DNA from: Candidatus Woesearchaeota archaeon
Lineage (GTDB): Archaea; Nanobdellota; Nanobdellia; UBA10117; ARS21
Length of the DNA: 64,000 nucleotides
Assembly: GCA_964344705.1 (NCBI GenBank)
Contig: CAYFOG010000002.1
Location: forward strand, 25,502-89,501
Reading direction: 5' to 3'
The notes under the pieces are model-generated. The model ran no database searches. It was not told the DNA's origin and saw only the letters and a list, made by a program, of their open reading frames with translations. Both the position numbers and the translations under genes were made by a program. Positions 26,801 to 36,462 of the stretch are shown here, one piece after another; position 1 is the stretch's first letter, and each line of letters starts with the position of its first letter.

Positions 26801-28572
26801 ATTCCCCAAATATCGTTTACTTTTCGTTTGATTTCAGCCAGTTCTTTTAGAACTTCAATCTCGCTTTTTGAGAGCAAAGCTTTCTTGTCTTTTAGTTTTC
26901 TAAAGGCTGTCTCAGACATATTTGTAATCAAGAAATCTCCGCCGTCTGCTCCTCGACCGAGAGTTAGCTTTTCAACTGAAACTGCTGCTTCTTTTCCTTT
27001 TGGCAGTTCATCTAGTTTCTTTCCTTTGTCTTCAATTGTTTTTACTCTTCCGACAACTTTTCCATCTATATTGACCAGTTCAGTTTTTGGAGTTAGTTTC
27101 CCGTCAATAACTTCTGCTCCAAATATTGCTGGACCTGATTGTCTGAAAATATATTGTGGCATAATTCTAATCTTTGCAGGCCATTGTAAATCTGAAATTT
27201 CCTCAAGTTGTAGTCTTTGTTTTCGCTCTGCATGTAGTTCTTCAAACTCTTCAACGATTTTGTATATTACTTGATTAATTATTATCGGAATTTTCTTCTT
27301 CTTAGCCATTGATTCCAATTCTTGATCAATAGTTACATTAAATCCTAAAACAAATGGATATTCACTTCCTTTGTCAAGAGTTCCTTCCGCCTCAACAATA
27401 TCTCGCTTTGTTATATTTCCAATGTCTGCTCGCTTGATTGGAATGTCGTGCTTTTGGAATAATTTTGAAGCTGCTTCCAAACTTCCAAGAGTGTCTGCTT
27501 TCAATACAACTCCGTCCTCTCCAGTTTCTACAAGTACTTCTTCAATTTCTTCTTTGATTTTATTTTGTGCTTCTTCAAGTTTATCTTCGTCTTGAACTGA
27601 AATAATTGGTGCTCCAGAAATTGCTTGACTTAAATCATTTGCAAGAATTTTTACTCCTGACGCTGCTACAACTTCTTTAATCTTATCAAAAGACGATTTC
27701 TTATCTCGAATTTCTGAAAGAGGTTTTGTTTTCAAAAGCGCCTTTACCTTTGTAGTAATTGCGGAATCAAGACCTCCGACAACAATTGTGTCGTCCTGTC
27801 TAAGTGTTCCTTCATAAATAATTATATCTGCGGTTGTTCCCATTCCTTTTTCTTCTTTGATTTCTAGAATTGTTCCTCTTGCTGGTGCATCAGTTTCAAT
27901 TTCTAATTTTCCAGTCAAAAATTTTTGAGACAAACCAGTCAGCACTGCAAGTAATTCTGGAATTCCTTCTCCGGTTTTTGCTGAAACTGGAACAATTGAA
28001 ACGGTTTTTTGGTGGTCTTCAACTTGAGGATATAAGTTTGATTCAAAGCCCATCTCTGATAAGTCTCCAAGTATTTTGTAGAAATTGTTGTCAAAATATT
28101 TCTTGACATTTTCAGGTTGTTTCTTTATATTTTTGATGAAAATCTTATCTTCTGAATTCCAACCAGTGATTAAATCAACTTTGTTTGCTGCAATTACAAA
28201 AGGAACTTTGAAAGATTTTAGAATTTCAATAGATTCTCTTGTTTGGGGTTGAATTCCTTGATTAATATCTATTACAAGAACTGCTAAATCTGCAATTGAA
28301 CCGCCTCTCTTTCTTAGATTGCTGAAAGCTTCGTGACCTGGAGTGTCAACAAACAATAGTCCGGGTATGGTAAATTCAAGTTTGAATAAATCTAAAAGTT
28401 CACCACAAGATTCCTTAATTTTCTTTAATGGAACTTCGGTTGCTCCTATGTGTTGAGTAATTTTTCCTGCTTCTCTGTCAGCAAGAGTCGTTCCTCTGAG
28501 GTAGTCTAGTACTGAAGTCTTCCCGTGGTCGACATGACCTAGGACAGTTATTATCGGTTGTCGGATTGTCAT
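26797..28572 (-). CDS. infB: Translation initiation factor aIF5B (IF2 homolog)
   Basis: G domain: G1 GHVDHGKTS, G3 DTPGHEAF, G4 NKVD. Domains II-IV follow. 591 aa. Confidence 0.9.
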   Translation of the reverse strand: MTIRQPIITVLGHVDHGKTSVLDYLRGTTLADREAGKITQHIGATEVPLKKIKESCGELLDLFKLEFTIPGLLFVDTPGHEAFSNLRKRGGSIADLAVLVIDINQGIQPQTRESIEILKSFKVPFVIAANKVDLITGWNSEDKIFIKNIKKQPENVKKYFDNNFYKILGDLSEMGFESNLYPQVEDHQKTVSIVPVSAKTGEGIPELLAVLTGLSQKFLTGKLEIETDAPARGTILEIKEEKGMGTTADIIIYEGTLRQDDTIVVGGLDSAITTKVKALLKTKPLSEIRDKKSSFDKIKEVVAASGVKILANDLSQAISGAPIISVQDEDKLEEAQNKIKEEIEEVLVETGEDGVVLKADTLGSLEAASKLFQKHDIPIKRADIGNITKRDIVEAEGTLDKGSEYPFVLGFNVTIDQELESMAKKKKIPIIINQVIYKIVEEFEELHAERKQRLQLEEISDLQWPAKIRIMPQYIFRQSGPAIFGAEVIDGKLTPKTELVNIDGKVVGRVKTIEDKGKKLDELPKGKEAAVSVEKLTLGRGADGGDFLITNMSETAFRKLKDKKALLSKSEIEVLKELAEIKRKVNDIWGI

Positions 28573-28623
28573 TTTCCATCATTACCTCTAGAAAAAAGCT
28601 TATTTTTTGGTTTAAAAGCCTTG

Positions 28624-29901
28624 TTATAGCCTTGTTCGCTTGAAGCCTCTTGATAATTCTGGAAAAGAATCTATTATTTGGTCAATTGGCGTGTAAAGTC
28701 TTATTAGATGGTATCTACGTAAATGATTTCCGTATTTCCAAGTTATTTTGCGGTGGAAGGCTATCAAAACTGCGCCAACACCCAGAATAAAGCTAGATAC
28801 GTATGATATAACTTCTTTAATTGAAAATATTTCTGCGAATTCTCCGGCATAGAATAGTGCGATTGCTGCGAGTCCCCAAGTTATGCTTTCAAATATTGCA
28901 ACGGCTTGCCCGTGCTTATTGGTTGGAGTCATTTCTGCGAGCCTTACATAGATTGGTCGATCTATTGCTAAGAATCCGATTGCAACGCCTCCCGCCATGA
29001 GAGTATATGCTAATAGGTGATTAACGGTGAAGAATAATTTCATAAAAGTTCCAACCATTAGGAAACCCGGGATTATCAGCCACTTTGAATGAAATTTGTC
29101 AGAGAATTTTCCCACAGGTAATTGGAACGGCAGTAATACTATTGATGAACCCATTATAACAAGTCCTGCCTGCCAGAAATCATATCCAACTACGCTTCGT
29201 AAGTAAATTAGAATGAACGTTGCCCAAACTAATTGTGCTGATGAACGTATTAATCTAATGAAAGATAGCAAAGCAAACCCTTTTGTGATTAGAATACTTT
29301 TGTAATTCTTGACAACTCTAGATACGTCAGGTAATTTGTTCTTATGTTTTGTATCGGTCAACATAAATAATAATCCGAGTGTTGAAATTCCGATGATGAA
29401 TGATGTGTAGAATAATTCTTTGAATCCGAATAAGTAAATAATTAGACCTCCAACGAGTGGTGCGACAATTAGTCCTACGTGTCTAAATGTTGAACGAATT
29501 GCTCCGTATGTGGAGAGTTTTTTTAGTTCAGATATGTCCCAGACATAACTAATGTATGCTGGATAGAATATTGCTGTTCCGATTCCGTAAATTATTCCTC
29601 GAGTTATGAAGAATGCTTCGCTGACAAAAAATGCTAAGCTTAGATTTGTAAACGCCATTATGAGTCCACCGATTAACATGACTTTTCGGCGATCGTAATA
29701 ATCAATGAATGACCCTGCAATCAATTTTACAAAATTAGTTGTTACTACAGATATTGCCACAATTATTCCGATGTTTACAAGGTTTACTCCGACGTGATAG
29801 AAATAAAGTGGTAAGAATACAAATACTAACGCTGTTGAAAAACTCATTAAGAAAGAGATTACATTAGAAATTTTATTGTTTGATTTGGTCTTAATGTTCA
29901 T
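28624..29901 (-). CDS. MFS-family transporter
   Basis: 425 aa, about 12 TM helices. Loop motif between TM2 and TM3 (GSFIDYYDRRKV, D-R/K-x-G-R-like). Confidence 0.65.
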   Translation of the reverse strand: MNIKTKSNNKISNVISFLMSFSTALVFVFLPLYFYHVGVNLVNIGIIVAISVVTTNFVKLIAGSFIDYYDRRKVMLIGGLIMAFTNLSLAFFVSEAFFITRGIIYGIGTAIFYPAYISYVWDISELKKLSTYGAIRSTFRHVGLIVAPLVGGLIIYLFGFKELFYTSFIIGISTLGLLFMLTDTKHKNKLPDVSRVVKNYKSILITKGFALLSFIRLIRSSAQLVWATFILIYLRSVVGYDFWQAGLVIMGSSIVLLPFQLPVGKFSDKFHSKWLIIPGFLMVGTFMKLFFTVNHLLAYTLMAGGVAIGFLAIDRPIYVRLAEMTPTNKHGQAVAIFESITWGLAAIALFYAGEFAEIFSIKEVISYVSSFILGVGAVLIAFHRKITWKYGNHLRRYHLIRLYTPIDQIIDSFPELSRGFKRTRL

Positions 29902-29931
29902 TAACTAAAAAGTATTGCCAGATATTAAAAC

Positions 29932-30495
29932 TTAACCAAATAATTTGTCCTTTAGTCGTTTCATGTAAGTTGGACCATTCATTATTGCGCTCTCAAGAGA
30001 AATTGATGCATAGGCTTTTTTGGTTTTCATTGCTAGACTCAGTCGAATTAAATTTGCTGCGATTATAAATCCTGATAAACCGTATGCAAGTTCATCAACA
30101 TAATCTGGAATGTGTTCGGTTACAAATCTTCCCGCATATCCCGTTCCTTGGACTGCGACATAATATTGTGGTGAGAATGTAACATCAATTAGCGCATTTT
30201 GCTTTGTTAGAACATGTGCTTCTTTTTCCGCAATTAAAGCAAAGGCTTCTTGGTCTCCGCGAGTCATGCATCCACCAATGTATGCTTGTAGAAATGTTCC
30301 TACTGGACCGATGTTTGCTTTACCTTTCAGTCGCTTTTTGTAAATATTATTTATCCATCGGTTTACAAAGCCTGTTTCTTGTACGTATTCAAAATATGCA
30401 GCTTCTGCAGCTCGTCGGTCTGTAATTTGTCGGTTTCCTTGATTATCAAGACAGAATAAGCCACGTTCCTCTAGTATTGATTCCAATGTCGCCAT
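29932..30495 (-). CDS. Hypothetical protein (187 aa)
   Basis: ORF between the MFS transporter and ndk. No motif recognised. Confidence 0.45.
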   Translation of the reverse strand: MATLESILEERGLFCLDNQGNRQITDRRAAEAAYFEYVQETGFVNRWINNIYKKRLKGKANIGPVGTFLQAYIGGCMTRGDQEAFALIAEKEAHVLTKQNALIDVTFSPQYYVAVQGTGYAGRFVTEHIPDYVDELAYGLSGFIIAANLIRLSLAMKTKKAYASISLESAIMNGPTYMKRLKDKLFG

Positions 30496-30501
30496 TTTTA
30501 A

Positions 30502-30981
30502 TTAAAAAACAATATGTTCGTCGGCTCGCTTGTAAGAATGTAATTCCTTTTTGTCGAACCAAAGCGCCACTTCTTTCTTTGCGTCTTTTGCGTCTCCAGA
30601 TGCGTGGATAATATTTGCAATTGATTTTCCTGCTCTATCTGCATATGCGTAAGAGTGATGTGCGTAATCGCCTCTTATTGTTCCGGGTGTTGCTTCTGCT
30701 GGTGCTGTTGAACCAACAATTCTTCTTACGTTCTTTATTGCCTCAACGCCTTCAAGAACTATTGCTACGACTGGTCCAGAACGAATAAATTTATCAAGCC
30801 CTGCAAAAAATGGTTTCCCGATGTGGTCAGAATAATGTTTTTTTGATAAAGCTGTATTAACCCAAACCATCTTCATTCCGATGATTTTCAACCCTGCGTT
30901 TTCAAATTTTGAAATAACGGTTCCAGTTAGAGATCTTTGGACTCCGTCGGGTTTTATTAATACTAATGTACGCTCTATCAT
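30502..30981 (-). CDS. ndk: Nucleoside diphosphate kinase
   Basis: ERTLVLIKPDGVQR at the N-terminus. Active-site NIIHASGD (NxxHGSD-like). Confidence 0.9.
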   Translation of the reverse strand: MIERTLVLIKPDGVQRSLTGTVISKFENAGLKIIGMKMVWVNTALSKKHYSDHIGKPFFAGLDKFIRSGPVVAIVLEGVEAIKNVRRIVGSTAPAEATPGTIRGDYAHHSYAYADRAGKSIANIIHASGDAKDAKKEVALWFDKKELHSYKRADEHIVF

Positions 30982-31011
30982 GCCTTTTTGGTACCGAGCA
31001 AATTTAAAACC

Positions 31012-31290
31012 TTAACGCTTTCTCTTTATCTGTCTAGATAATCTTCTAGTCAACTCTTTCAGTGCAAGTCCGAATTTCCAATCTACACCTTCGGCCCTAA
31101 TAACTTTTCCTTCTGGAGTTTCCGCTTCCCCCGTTATTGCGTATTTTGTTCGCTTGCCTTGTTTTTCATAACGTTTCATTCTTAATCTTAGTCGTTTAAA
31201 TTGTCTAGAAAATAATTTCTTTCCTAAAATCTCTCGAAGTCTTCTTCGCTCTTTGAGATCTAATTTTTTATCTGAAAACTCAACTTTCAT
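31012..31290 (-). CDS. Small highly basic protein (92 aa), probably nucleic-acid-binding; family not recognised
   Basis: About 40% K/R. Sits in a conserved archaeal translation neighbourhood (aIF5B, NDK and ribosomal proteins) where L24e or S28e are often found, but it lacks their signatures. Confidence 0.45.
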   Translation of the reverse strand: MKVEFSDKKLDLKERRRLREILGKKLFSRQFKRLRLRMKRYEKQGKRTKYAITGEAETPEGKVIRAEGVDWKFGLALKELTRRLSRQIKRKR

Positions 31291-31309
31291 AATAAGATTA
31301 GTCTTGAAT

Positions 31310-33058
31310 TTATTTAACAGTTACGCTCTTTGCGAGGTTTCTTGGTTTGTCCGGATCTAATCCTTTCATGACTGCTAAATAATATGAGAGTGCTTGAATC
31401 GGAATTATTCTTAATATTGGCGAAAACTTGTCTGGACCTAAAACTTTAATCCAATAATCAAATACTTCGTGCTTCTTTTCTGAGATTCCAATTATGAATG
31501 CTCCTCGGCTTTTTAGCTCCTGAGCATTTGATAAAATATCGTGATTGTCTTCGTTAGGGACAAAAACTATACAGGGCGTTCCATGCTCAATCATTGCTAT
31601 TGGTCCGTGCTTAATTTCTCCACCCGCAAAACCTTCTGCGTGTATATATGAAACTTCTTTTATTTTTAGCGCAGCTTCCATTGCTGTTGCGTAATCTCGT
31701 CCTCGACCAATTGTGAATAGATGGTTCGAATATCTAAGAATTTGTGAAAGTTCCTTTGTGTATTTTCTTGCAGATTCGCTAGTTAGATAGTAAATATTTC
31801 GTATTATTTCCTCGAGTTCTTCCTTGGCTTTATTTGGTTTTGTAATCAATGCTGAAGCAAGAAGCATTAGAATTGCGACTTGAGCCGTGTAGGATTTTGT
31901 TGAGAGCACGCAAATTTCCGGGCCGACATTCATGAAAATATTTTGATCCGCAAGTCTGGACAGTGATGAACCTTGAACGTTTACAATTGAAATTATTCGT
32001 GCTCCGCGAGTTTTTGCAGTCTTTACTGCTTTAATTAAATCAAGAGTTTCTCCAGATTGAGATATTGCTAGAACTGTTGAATCTTCACTAAGGAATTTTT
32101 CATACTGTTCAAATTCATGTGCGTGGACAATCCTTGGCATGAGTCCGTTCTTCAAGAATTCTGTTTCTGCTGCCTTTGCTGCGTTGTAAGATGAACCACA
32201 AGCAACGATGTAAGCTTTTGAAGATTTCATTCTGTTAGCTACATTTGTAATTAATTTTGAGTCTTGTATCAGAGATTGTTTTACTGTGTCAACTTGCTCT
32301 GAGATTTCCTTGAGCATGAAATGTTTGAAGTCGCCTTTCTTGGCTTTGTTTACGTCCCAATCAATTTTAGAAATTTCCCGATGAACTTCTTTTTCACCGT
32401 TTAGAATTTTTAATTCTGAATTTACATATCCGTAATCGCCATCTTCCAAATAAATTACATTTTTTGTTCTGTCAATAAATGAAGTTACGTCTGATGAAAC
32501 AATTAAGGCATCTTTGTCAACTCCCACAACCAAAGGGGAATCTCTTCGAGCAAAAAATATTTTGTCACTTGAGTTGTGGAGAAAAGTTATTGCGAATGTT
32601 CCTTTTAGTTCATCAAGAGTTTTTTTGAACGCTTCTAAAACATCTTTTGAATTTTTAAGATGGAATTCAATTAAATTTGGTATGACTTCTGTATCTGTTT
32701 CACCGTAAAAAGAAAATCCTTCTTCTTTTAGTTTGTTTTTTAGTTCTTCATAATTTTCAATAATCCCATTATGAACGAGTGAAATATTCTTTGAATTTGA
32801 AATGTGCGGGTGTGTATTATTTTCTGTTACTTTCCCATGTGTTGCCCAGCGAGTGTGGCCAATTACAAATGTTGCATTTCCTTCTTGGTTTGGTGTTGGA
32901 ATTTTTCCAATCTGTCTTTCAGTTTTCAGCTGGTCTTCTTCCTTGAAAGTAAATCCCCAAGAATCATATCCGCGGTAATCCAGACTTTTAATCATTGATA
33001 CAAACTCTGATAATTGAATAGAATTTGATACACTGGAATAGCCTACAATACCGCACAT
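31310..33058 (-). CDS. glmS: Glutamine--fructose-6-phosphate aminotransferase (isomerizing)
   Basis: N-terminal MCGIVGY with nucleophile Cys2. Two SIS domains (SQSGET). C-terminal KSVTVK. Confidence 0.9.
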   Translation of the reverse strand: MCGIVGYSSVSNSIQLSEFVSMIKSLDYRGYDSWGFTFKEEDQLKTERQIGKIPTPNQEGNATFVIGHTRWATHGKVTENNTHPHISNSKNISLVHNGIIENYEELKNKLKEEGFSFYGETDTEVIPNLIEFHLKNSKDVLEAFKKTLDELKGTFAITFLHNSSDKIFFARRDSPLVVGVDKDALIVSSDVTSFIDRTKNVIYLEDGDYGYVNSELKILNGEKEVHREISKIDWDVNKAKKGDFKHFMLKEISEQVDTVKQSLIQDSKLITNVANRMKSSKAYIVACGSSYNAAKAAETEFLKNGLMPRIVHAHEFEQYEKFLSEDSTVLAISQSGETLDLIKAVKTAKTRGARIISIVNVQGSSLSRLADQNIFMNVGPEICVLSTKSYTAQVAILMLLASALITKPNKAKEELEEIIRNIYYLTSESARKYTKELSQILRYSNHLFTIGRGRDYATAMEAALKIKEVSYIHAEGFAGGEIKHGPIAMIEHGTPCIVFVPNEDNHDILSNAQELKSRGAFIIGISEKKHEVFDYWIKVLGPDKFSPILRIIPIQALSYYLAVMKGLDPDKPRNLAKSVTVK

Positions 33059-33108
33059 ATAGCGAAAAGTGAAAATTTGTATTAAAAGTTTGTGAAACAG
33101 AAAGTTGA

Positions 33109-33618
33109 TTATTCTGAAGTTTCTGATTCCAGACTTGTTTGCTCGGTTTCAGTTTGTACTTCAACTTTTGATTCAGCAACTGTTTCTTCAGCCGGAGTTT
33201 CCAGTTCAGCAACCGGTTCTTCAGTAACTGGCTTAACTGGAGTTTCTTCAATAGTCGGTTCTTCTACTTTTTCCTCAACCTTTGTTTCTTTCTTAGGCTT
33301 AATTTCAAAATTTGTTGGAGTTGGTTTCACTCCGTTTAATTTGTTTAGATGAATGTCAATTGTTGAAACTCGGATTGGTCGTCCGTCTTTGTTCTTGAAA
33401 TCTTCTGCAGCAATATCTACTTTTCCAATTTCAATGCTATCAGTTAAGAATTTGCTTCGAACCATCTCTGCTACGTCGACAGCTCGACTGATGAATTTGC
33501 CTCGAGATCGAATTATTACGCTTTCAGCATTGTTAGTCGTGAATTGCATGACTACTGCTGTGACATAGTTCATAAATGGCTTTCCGCCCACAAATACTAT
33601 TCTTTCCTCAGGTATCAT
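33109..33618 (-). CDS. albA: Alba (Sso10b-like) chromatin/RNA-binding protein with long acidic Pro/Thr/Glu-rich C-terminal tail
   Basis: IVFVGGKPFMNYVTAVVMQF ... IIRSRGKFISRAVDVAEMV ... GRPIRVSTIDIHL matches the Alba core of about 90 aa. It is followed by about 70 aa of EETPVKPVTEEPVAELETPAEE low complexity. Confidence 0.8.
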   Translation of the reverse strand: MIPEERIVFVGGKPFMNYVTAVVMQFTTNNAESVIIRSRGKFISRAVDVAEMVRSKFLTDSIEIGKVDIAAEDFKNKDGRPIRVSTIDIHLNKLNGVKPTPTNFEIKPKKETKVEEKVEEPTIEETPVKPVTEEPVAELETPAEETVAESKVEVQTETEQTSLESETSE

Positions 33619-33626
33619 TGTGATAT

Positions 33627-33818
33627 TTAGTCTGTCGATAGCTTGACTCGTTTTGTTGCGTATCCAGCAAGCTGATTTCTAATTTTCTTTGTCTTAACGT
33701 CGGATAATTCCTGAACCACTAGCTTATTCTTGTTAAAATCATCAGTAAACTTCTCTCTATGTTTAGTCAAAAGTTCTTCTACTAGTCTTTTTGTAAATTT
33801 GGTTCGGATTCGTCCCAT
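33627..33818 (-). CDS. rps17e: Ribosomal protein S17e
   Basis: MGRIRTKFTKRLVEELLTKHREKFTDDFNKNKLVVQELSDVKTKKIRNQLAGY matches S17e MGxIRxxxIKR...NK..V.E......KK.RN.IAGY. Confidence 0.8.
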   Translation of the reverse strand: MGRIRTKFTKRLVEELLTKHREKFTDDFNKNKLVVQELSDVKTKKIRNQLAGYATKRVKLSTD

Positions 33819-33871
33819 ACTATTTGCGTCAGATGCGACTTTAAAAAGCTTGTTGTTGGCTAGAGTGATAA

Positions 33872-35056
33872 TTACTTTCCTGCCACGATTTCAATTATAT
33901 CCAGATGTTTGAGATTGTGGTCCTTTCCCACTGTTTGTTTTGTTCTAACATCAACTGCTCTAATGAATTTATCACCAAACTCAGTATGTAGTCTATATGC
34001 GAAGTCAAGCGTTGTGCTATCTTTTGGCATTAAGAAGCAGTCTGGCAAAACATTTCCTTTTGAATCTTCCAGTTTGCTTACGCCTCCTGGGTGGATTGCA
34101 ATGTAATTGAGAATGTTAAAAACTGTAAAGTTTAAGATGTCCTGAACGCCTGTTGATTTGTTAGTTTCTAGGAATTTTTTGACTTTTGCGAGTGCTTCTT
34201 TCTGTTTGTCAGTAAGCTTTCCAATAATCTCAAAATGATTTTCACCAGGAATATAATCAATTAGTTTTGCTTTGTTGGCTTCTCTAAGTGCAAGTTCAAA
34301 TTCTGCTGAACTTGAAATTATTTTGCTATCTGTTTGAGTTCTTACTCTTTCAAGATTTGCTTTAGAAGTAGAAACATCCATTTTATTTGCTGCAATTATA
34401 ATTGGTTTAGCTTGCTTTCTTAATTCTGATGAGAAGTTCTTCATATCTTCTTCCGACCACTCAGTTAATTTGGTTGAAAGTCCTGACGTATTGAATGCTT
34501 TCTTTACCATTCCTAAATTTATTTTAATTCCTGAAAAATGTTCTGCGATTGCTCTGTCAGCAGGAGTTCCAGAAAGCTGTGCTTGTCTTGCAAACTTTGA
34601 CCAGCCTCTTTCCATAATTTGGTAAAGCCAAGTATCTAATTCTTCTTCTAGGAATTTTATATCATTGCTTGGATTGTATGAGCCCTTCTCAACGGCTTCT
34701 CCTTTTTCATTTGTTGAACCTGAAATGTCAATAACATGAATTAGTGCATCAGCTGAACTCAAGTCATCCAAGAATTTATTCCCCATGCCTTTCCCTTCTG
34801 ATGCTCCTGGAACAAGACCTGCGACGTCAATTAATTCTATTGGTACAAATCTAAAATCTCCGTGAACGTATCCTTCTCTTGGATCTGCGGTTTTTTCAAA
34901 ATCTTTTGCTGCGTCTTTAATTTTTACAAAAGCCGTTCCATGATTTGGTTCAATTGTTGCAAAAGGATAATTTCCAATAAGCGCTTCAGCTAAAGTTGCT
35001 GCTCTGAAAAATGTTGATTTTCCAACATTGGGTTTTCCCACAACTCCGATTAACAT
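33872..35056 (-). CDS. ychF: YchF/OLA1-family GTPase (Obg-like ATPase with C-terminal TGS domain)
   Basis: N-terminal G1 GVVGKPNVGKSTFF directly at the start. 394 aa. Confidence 0.75.
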   Translation of the reverse strand: MLIGVVGKPNVGKSTFFRAATLAEALIGNYPFATIEPNHGTAFVKIKDAAKDFEKTADPREGYVHGDFRFVPIELIDVAGLVPGASEGKGMGNKFLDDLSSADALIHVIDISGSTNEKGEAVEKGSYNPSNDIKFLEEELDTWLYQIMERGWSKFARQAQLSGTPADRAIAEHFSGIKINLGMVKKAFNTSGLSTKLTEWSEEDMKNFSSELRKQAKPIIIAANKMDVSTSKANLERVRTQTDSKIISSSAEFELALREANKAKLIDYIPGENHFEIIGKLTDKQKEALAKVKKFLETNKSTGVQDILNFTVFNILNYIAIHPGGVSKLEDSKGNVLPDCFLMPKDSTTLDFAYRLHTEFGDKFIRAVDVRTKQTVGKDHNLKHLDIIEIVAGK

Positions 35057-35089
35057 AGTTTGATTTCGAGTTTGAGTTTTTAAGAGTTC

Positions 35090-35848
35090 TTATTCAATCA
35101 AAAGAAGTGCATACATTATAGCAATTCCAAGAAGGAACCAAAGAACTTGAAGTGCTGATTTTTCCAGGTTGTCTTCTTTATGTAGTTCTGGAATTAGATC
35201 TGCTGTTGCAATGTAAATAAAGTGTCCTGCTGCGAAAGGGATTAAGAAATGAGTTAGTCCTACTACTTGTCCTGAAAGATATATAGCTAAAACTGCTCCA
35301 ATTACTGCAGTTAATGCCGTGAGGAAATTGAGTCCAAGTGCTTTGTGTCTTGAAAATCCTCCGTGCGTCAAAACTGCGAAGTCCCCGATTTCTTGAGGGA
35401 TTTCATGAAGCGCCACCGCAATTGTTGTTGCAATTCCTACTGGGATGCTTAGAAGATAACTTGCTCCGATTAGCAAACCATCAATGAAATTATGTATGCC
35501 GTCTCCAATTAAGCTAGTCATTGCAAATGGTTTGATTCTTGCGTGATTGTGTCTGTGTGGGCTGTGGTGACAATGTCTCCATCTGATTAATTTCTCAACA
35601 ATAAACATTGAAAGCAGTCCGAGAATTACATATAATGCTGTAATTGTTTCAAATCCAATTTCTTCAATTAATTCTGGTAAGAGATGTAGAAATGAATCTC
35701 CAATCAAAGTTCCTGCCGAGAGAGCAACTAAATAAAGAAGTATTTTGTCAAGAGTTATTTTCCTGATTGACAGTGTGAAGACTCCTATGAATGAAATTAA
35801 ACTGACCCCGATAACGCTCAGAATAATATATTGTTCCAGTGTGGCCAT
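35090..35848 (-). CDS. zupT: ZIP-family zinc/iron transporter (ZupT-like)
   Basis: HNFIDGL and HEIPQEIGDF motifs, His-rich loop HCHHSPHRHNH, and 8 TM helices. Confidence 0.75.
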   Translation of the reverse strand: MATLEQYIILSVIGVSLISFIGVFTLSIRKITLDKILLYLVALSAGTLIGDSFLHLLPELIEEIGFETITALYVILGLLSMFIVEKLIRWRHCHHSPHRHNHARIKPFAMTSLIGDGIHNFIDGLLIGASYLLSIPVGIATTIAVALHEIPQEIGDFAVLTHGGFSRHKALGLNFLTALTAVIGAVLAIYLSGQVVGLTHFLIPFAAGHFIYIATADLIPELHKEDNLEKSALQVLWFLLGIAIMYALLLIE

Positions 35849-35928
35849 GGTGCTATTTGTAGAACTGAATATATAATTGTTTCGTGTAGAATAAATAGAT
35901 TTAAAATTAAGTGGTAAGTTAAAACATT

Positions 35929-36462
35929 ATGAAATCTGGAATCAGAGCAATTGATTTTATGAACCACAAAGTGGTTACTGTTACTCCAGATATGACTATA
36001 AGAGAGGCAGCGAAACTTATGAATGTCCATCGAGTTGGTGGCGTTCCTGTCTGTGACGGTGGAGACTTGGTTGGTTTACTAACTGAGAGAGATATTATGA
36101 TGAGAGTTACTGCGCTTGACAAACTTCCGAGTTCTTTGACAGTTAGTCAAATTATGCAGAGTCCTTTGAAAGCTACTGGAACTAAGTTTGAAGATTTGTC
36201 AAGTCTTGCTCGAAAGATGAGAGAACATAGTATTTCAAAAATTCCAATTGTTGACAGTGGAAAGTTGATTGGTATTGTTACAAACAAAGATGTTGTAGCT
36301 CATGCGCCGGATTTGCTAGATACATTTATTGAAAGATTGGCGGCCAGTGGCAAAGGTATGGCAGGTCATCCTGCGGCGTTTGGACAGTGTGAGGATTGTG
36401 GTTCTCACGGACATTTACATTTTCAAATGGATCAATTCCTCTGTGACGATTGTACTACTTAA
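35929..36462 (+). CDS. CBS-domain pair protein with C-terminal Cys4 zinc ribbon
   Basis: Two CBS motifs (VVTVTPDMTIREAAKLM... and ISKIPIVDSGKLIGIVT). C-terminal CEDCGSHGHLHFQMDQFLCDDC. Confidence 0.7.
   Translation: MKSGIRAIDFMNHKVVTVTPDMTIREAAKLMNVHRVGGVPVCDGGDLVGLLTERDIMMRVTALDKLPSSLTVSQIMQSPLKATGTKFEDLSSLARKMREHSISKIPIVDSGKLIGIVTNKDVVAHAPDLLDTFIERLAASGKGMAGHPAAFGQCEDCGSHGHLHFQMDQFLCDDCTT

Noticed and set aside
26828-27274. 148-aa plus-strand ORF
   Set aside because: Antisense shadow ORF inside aIF5B.
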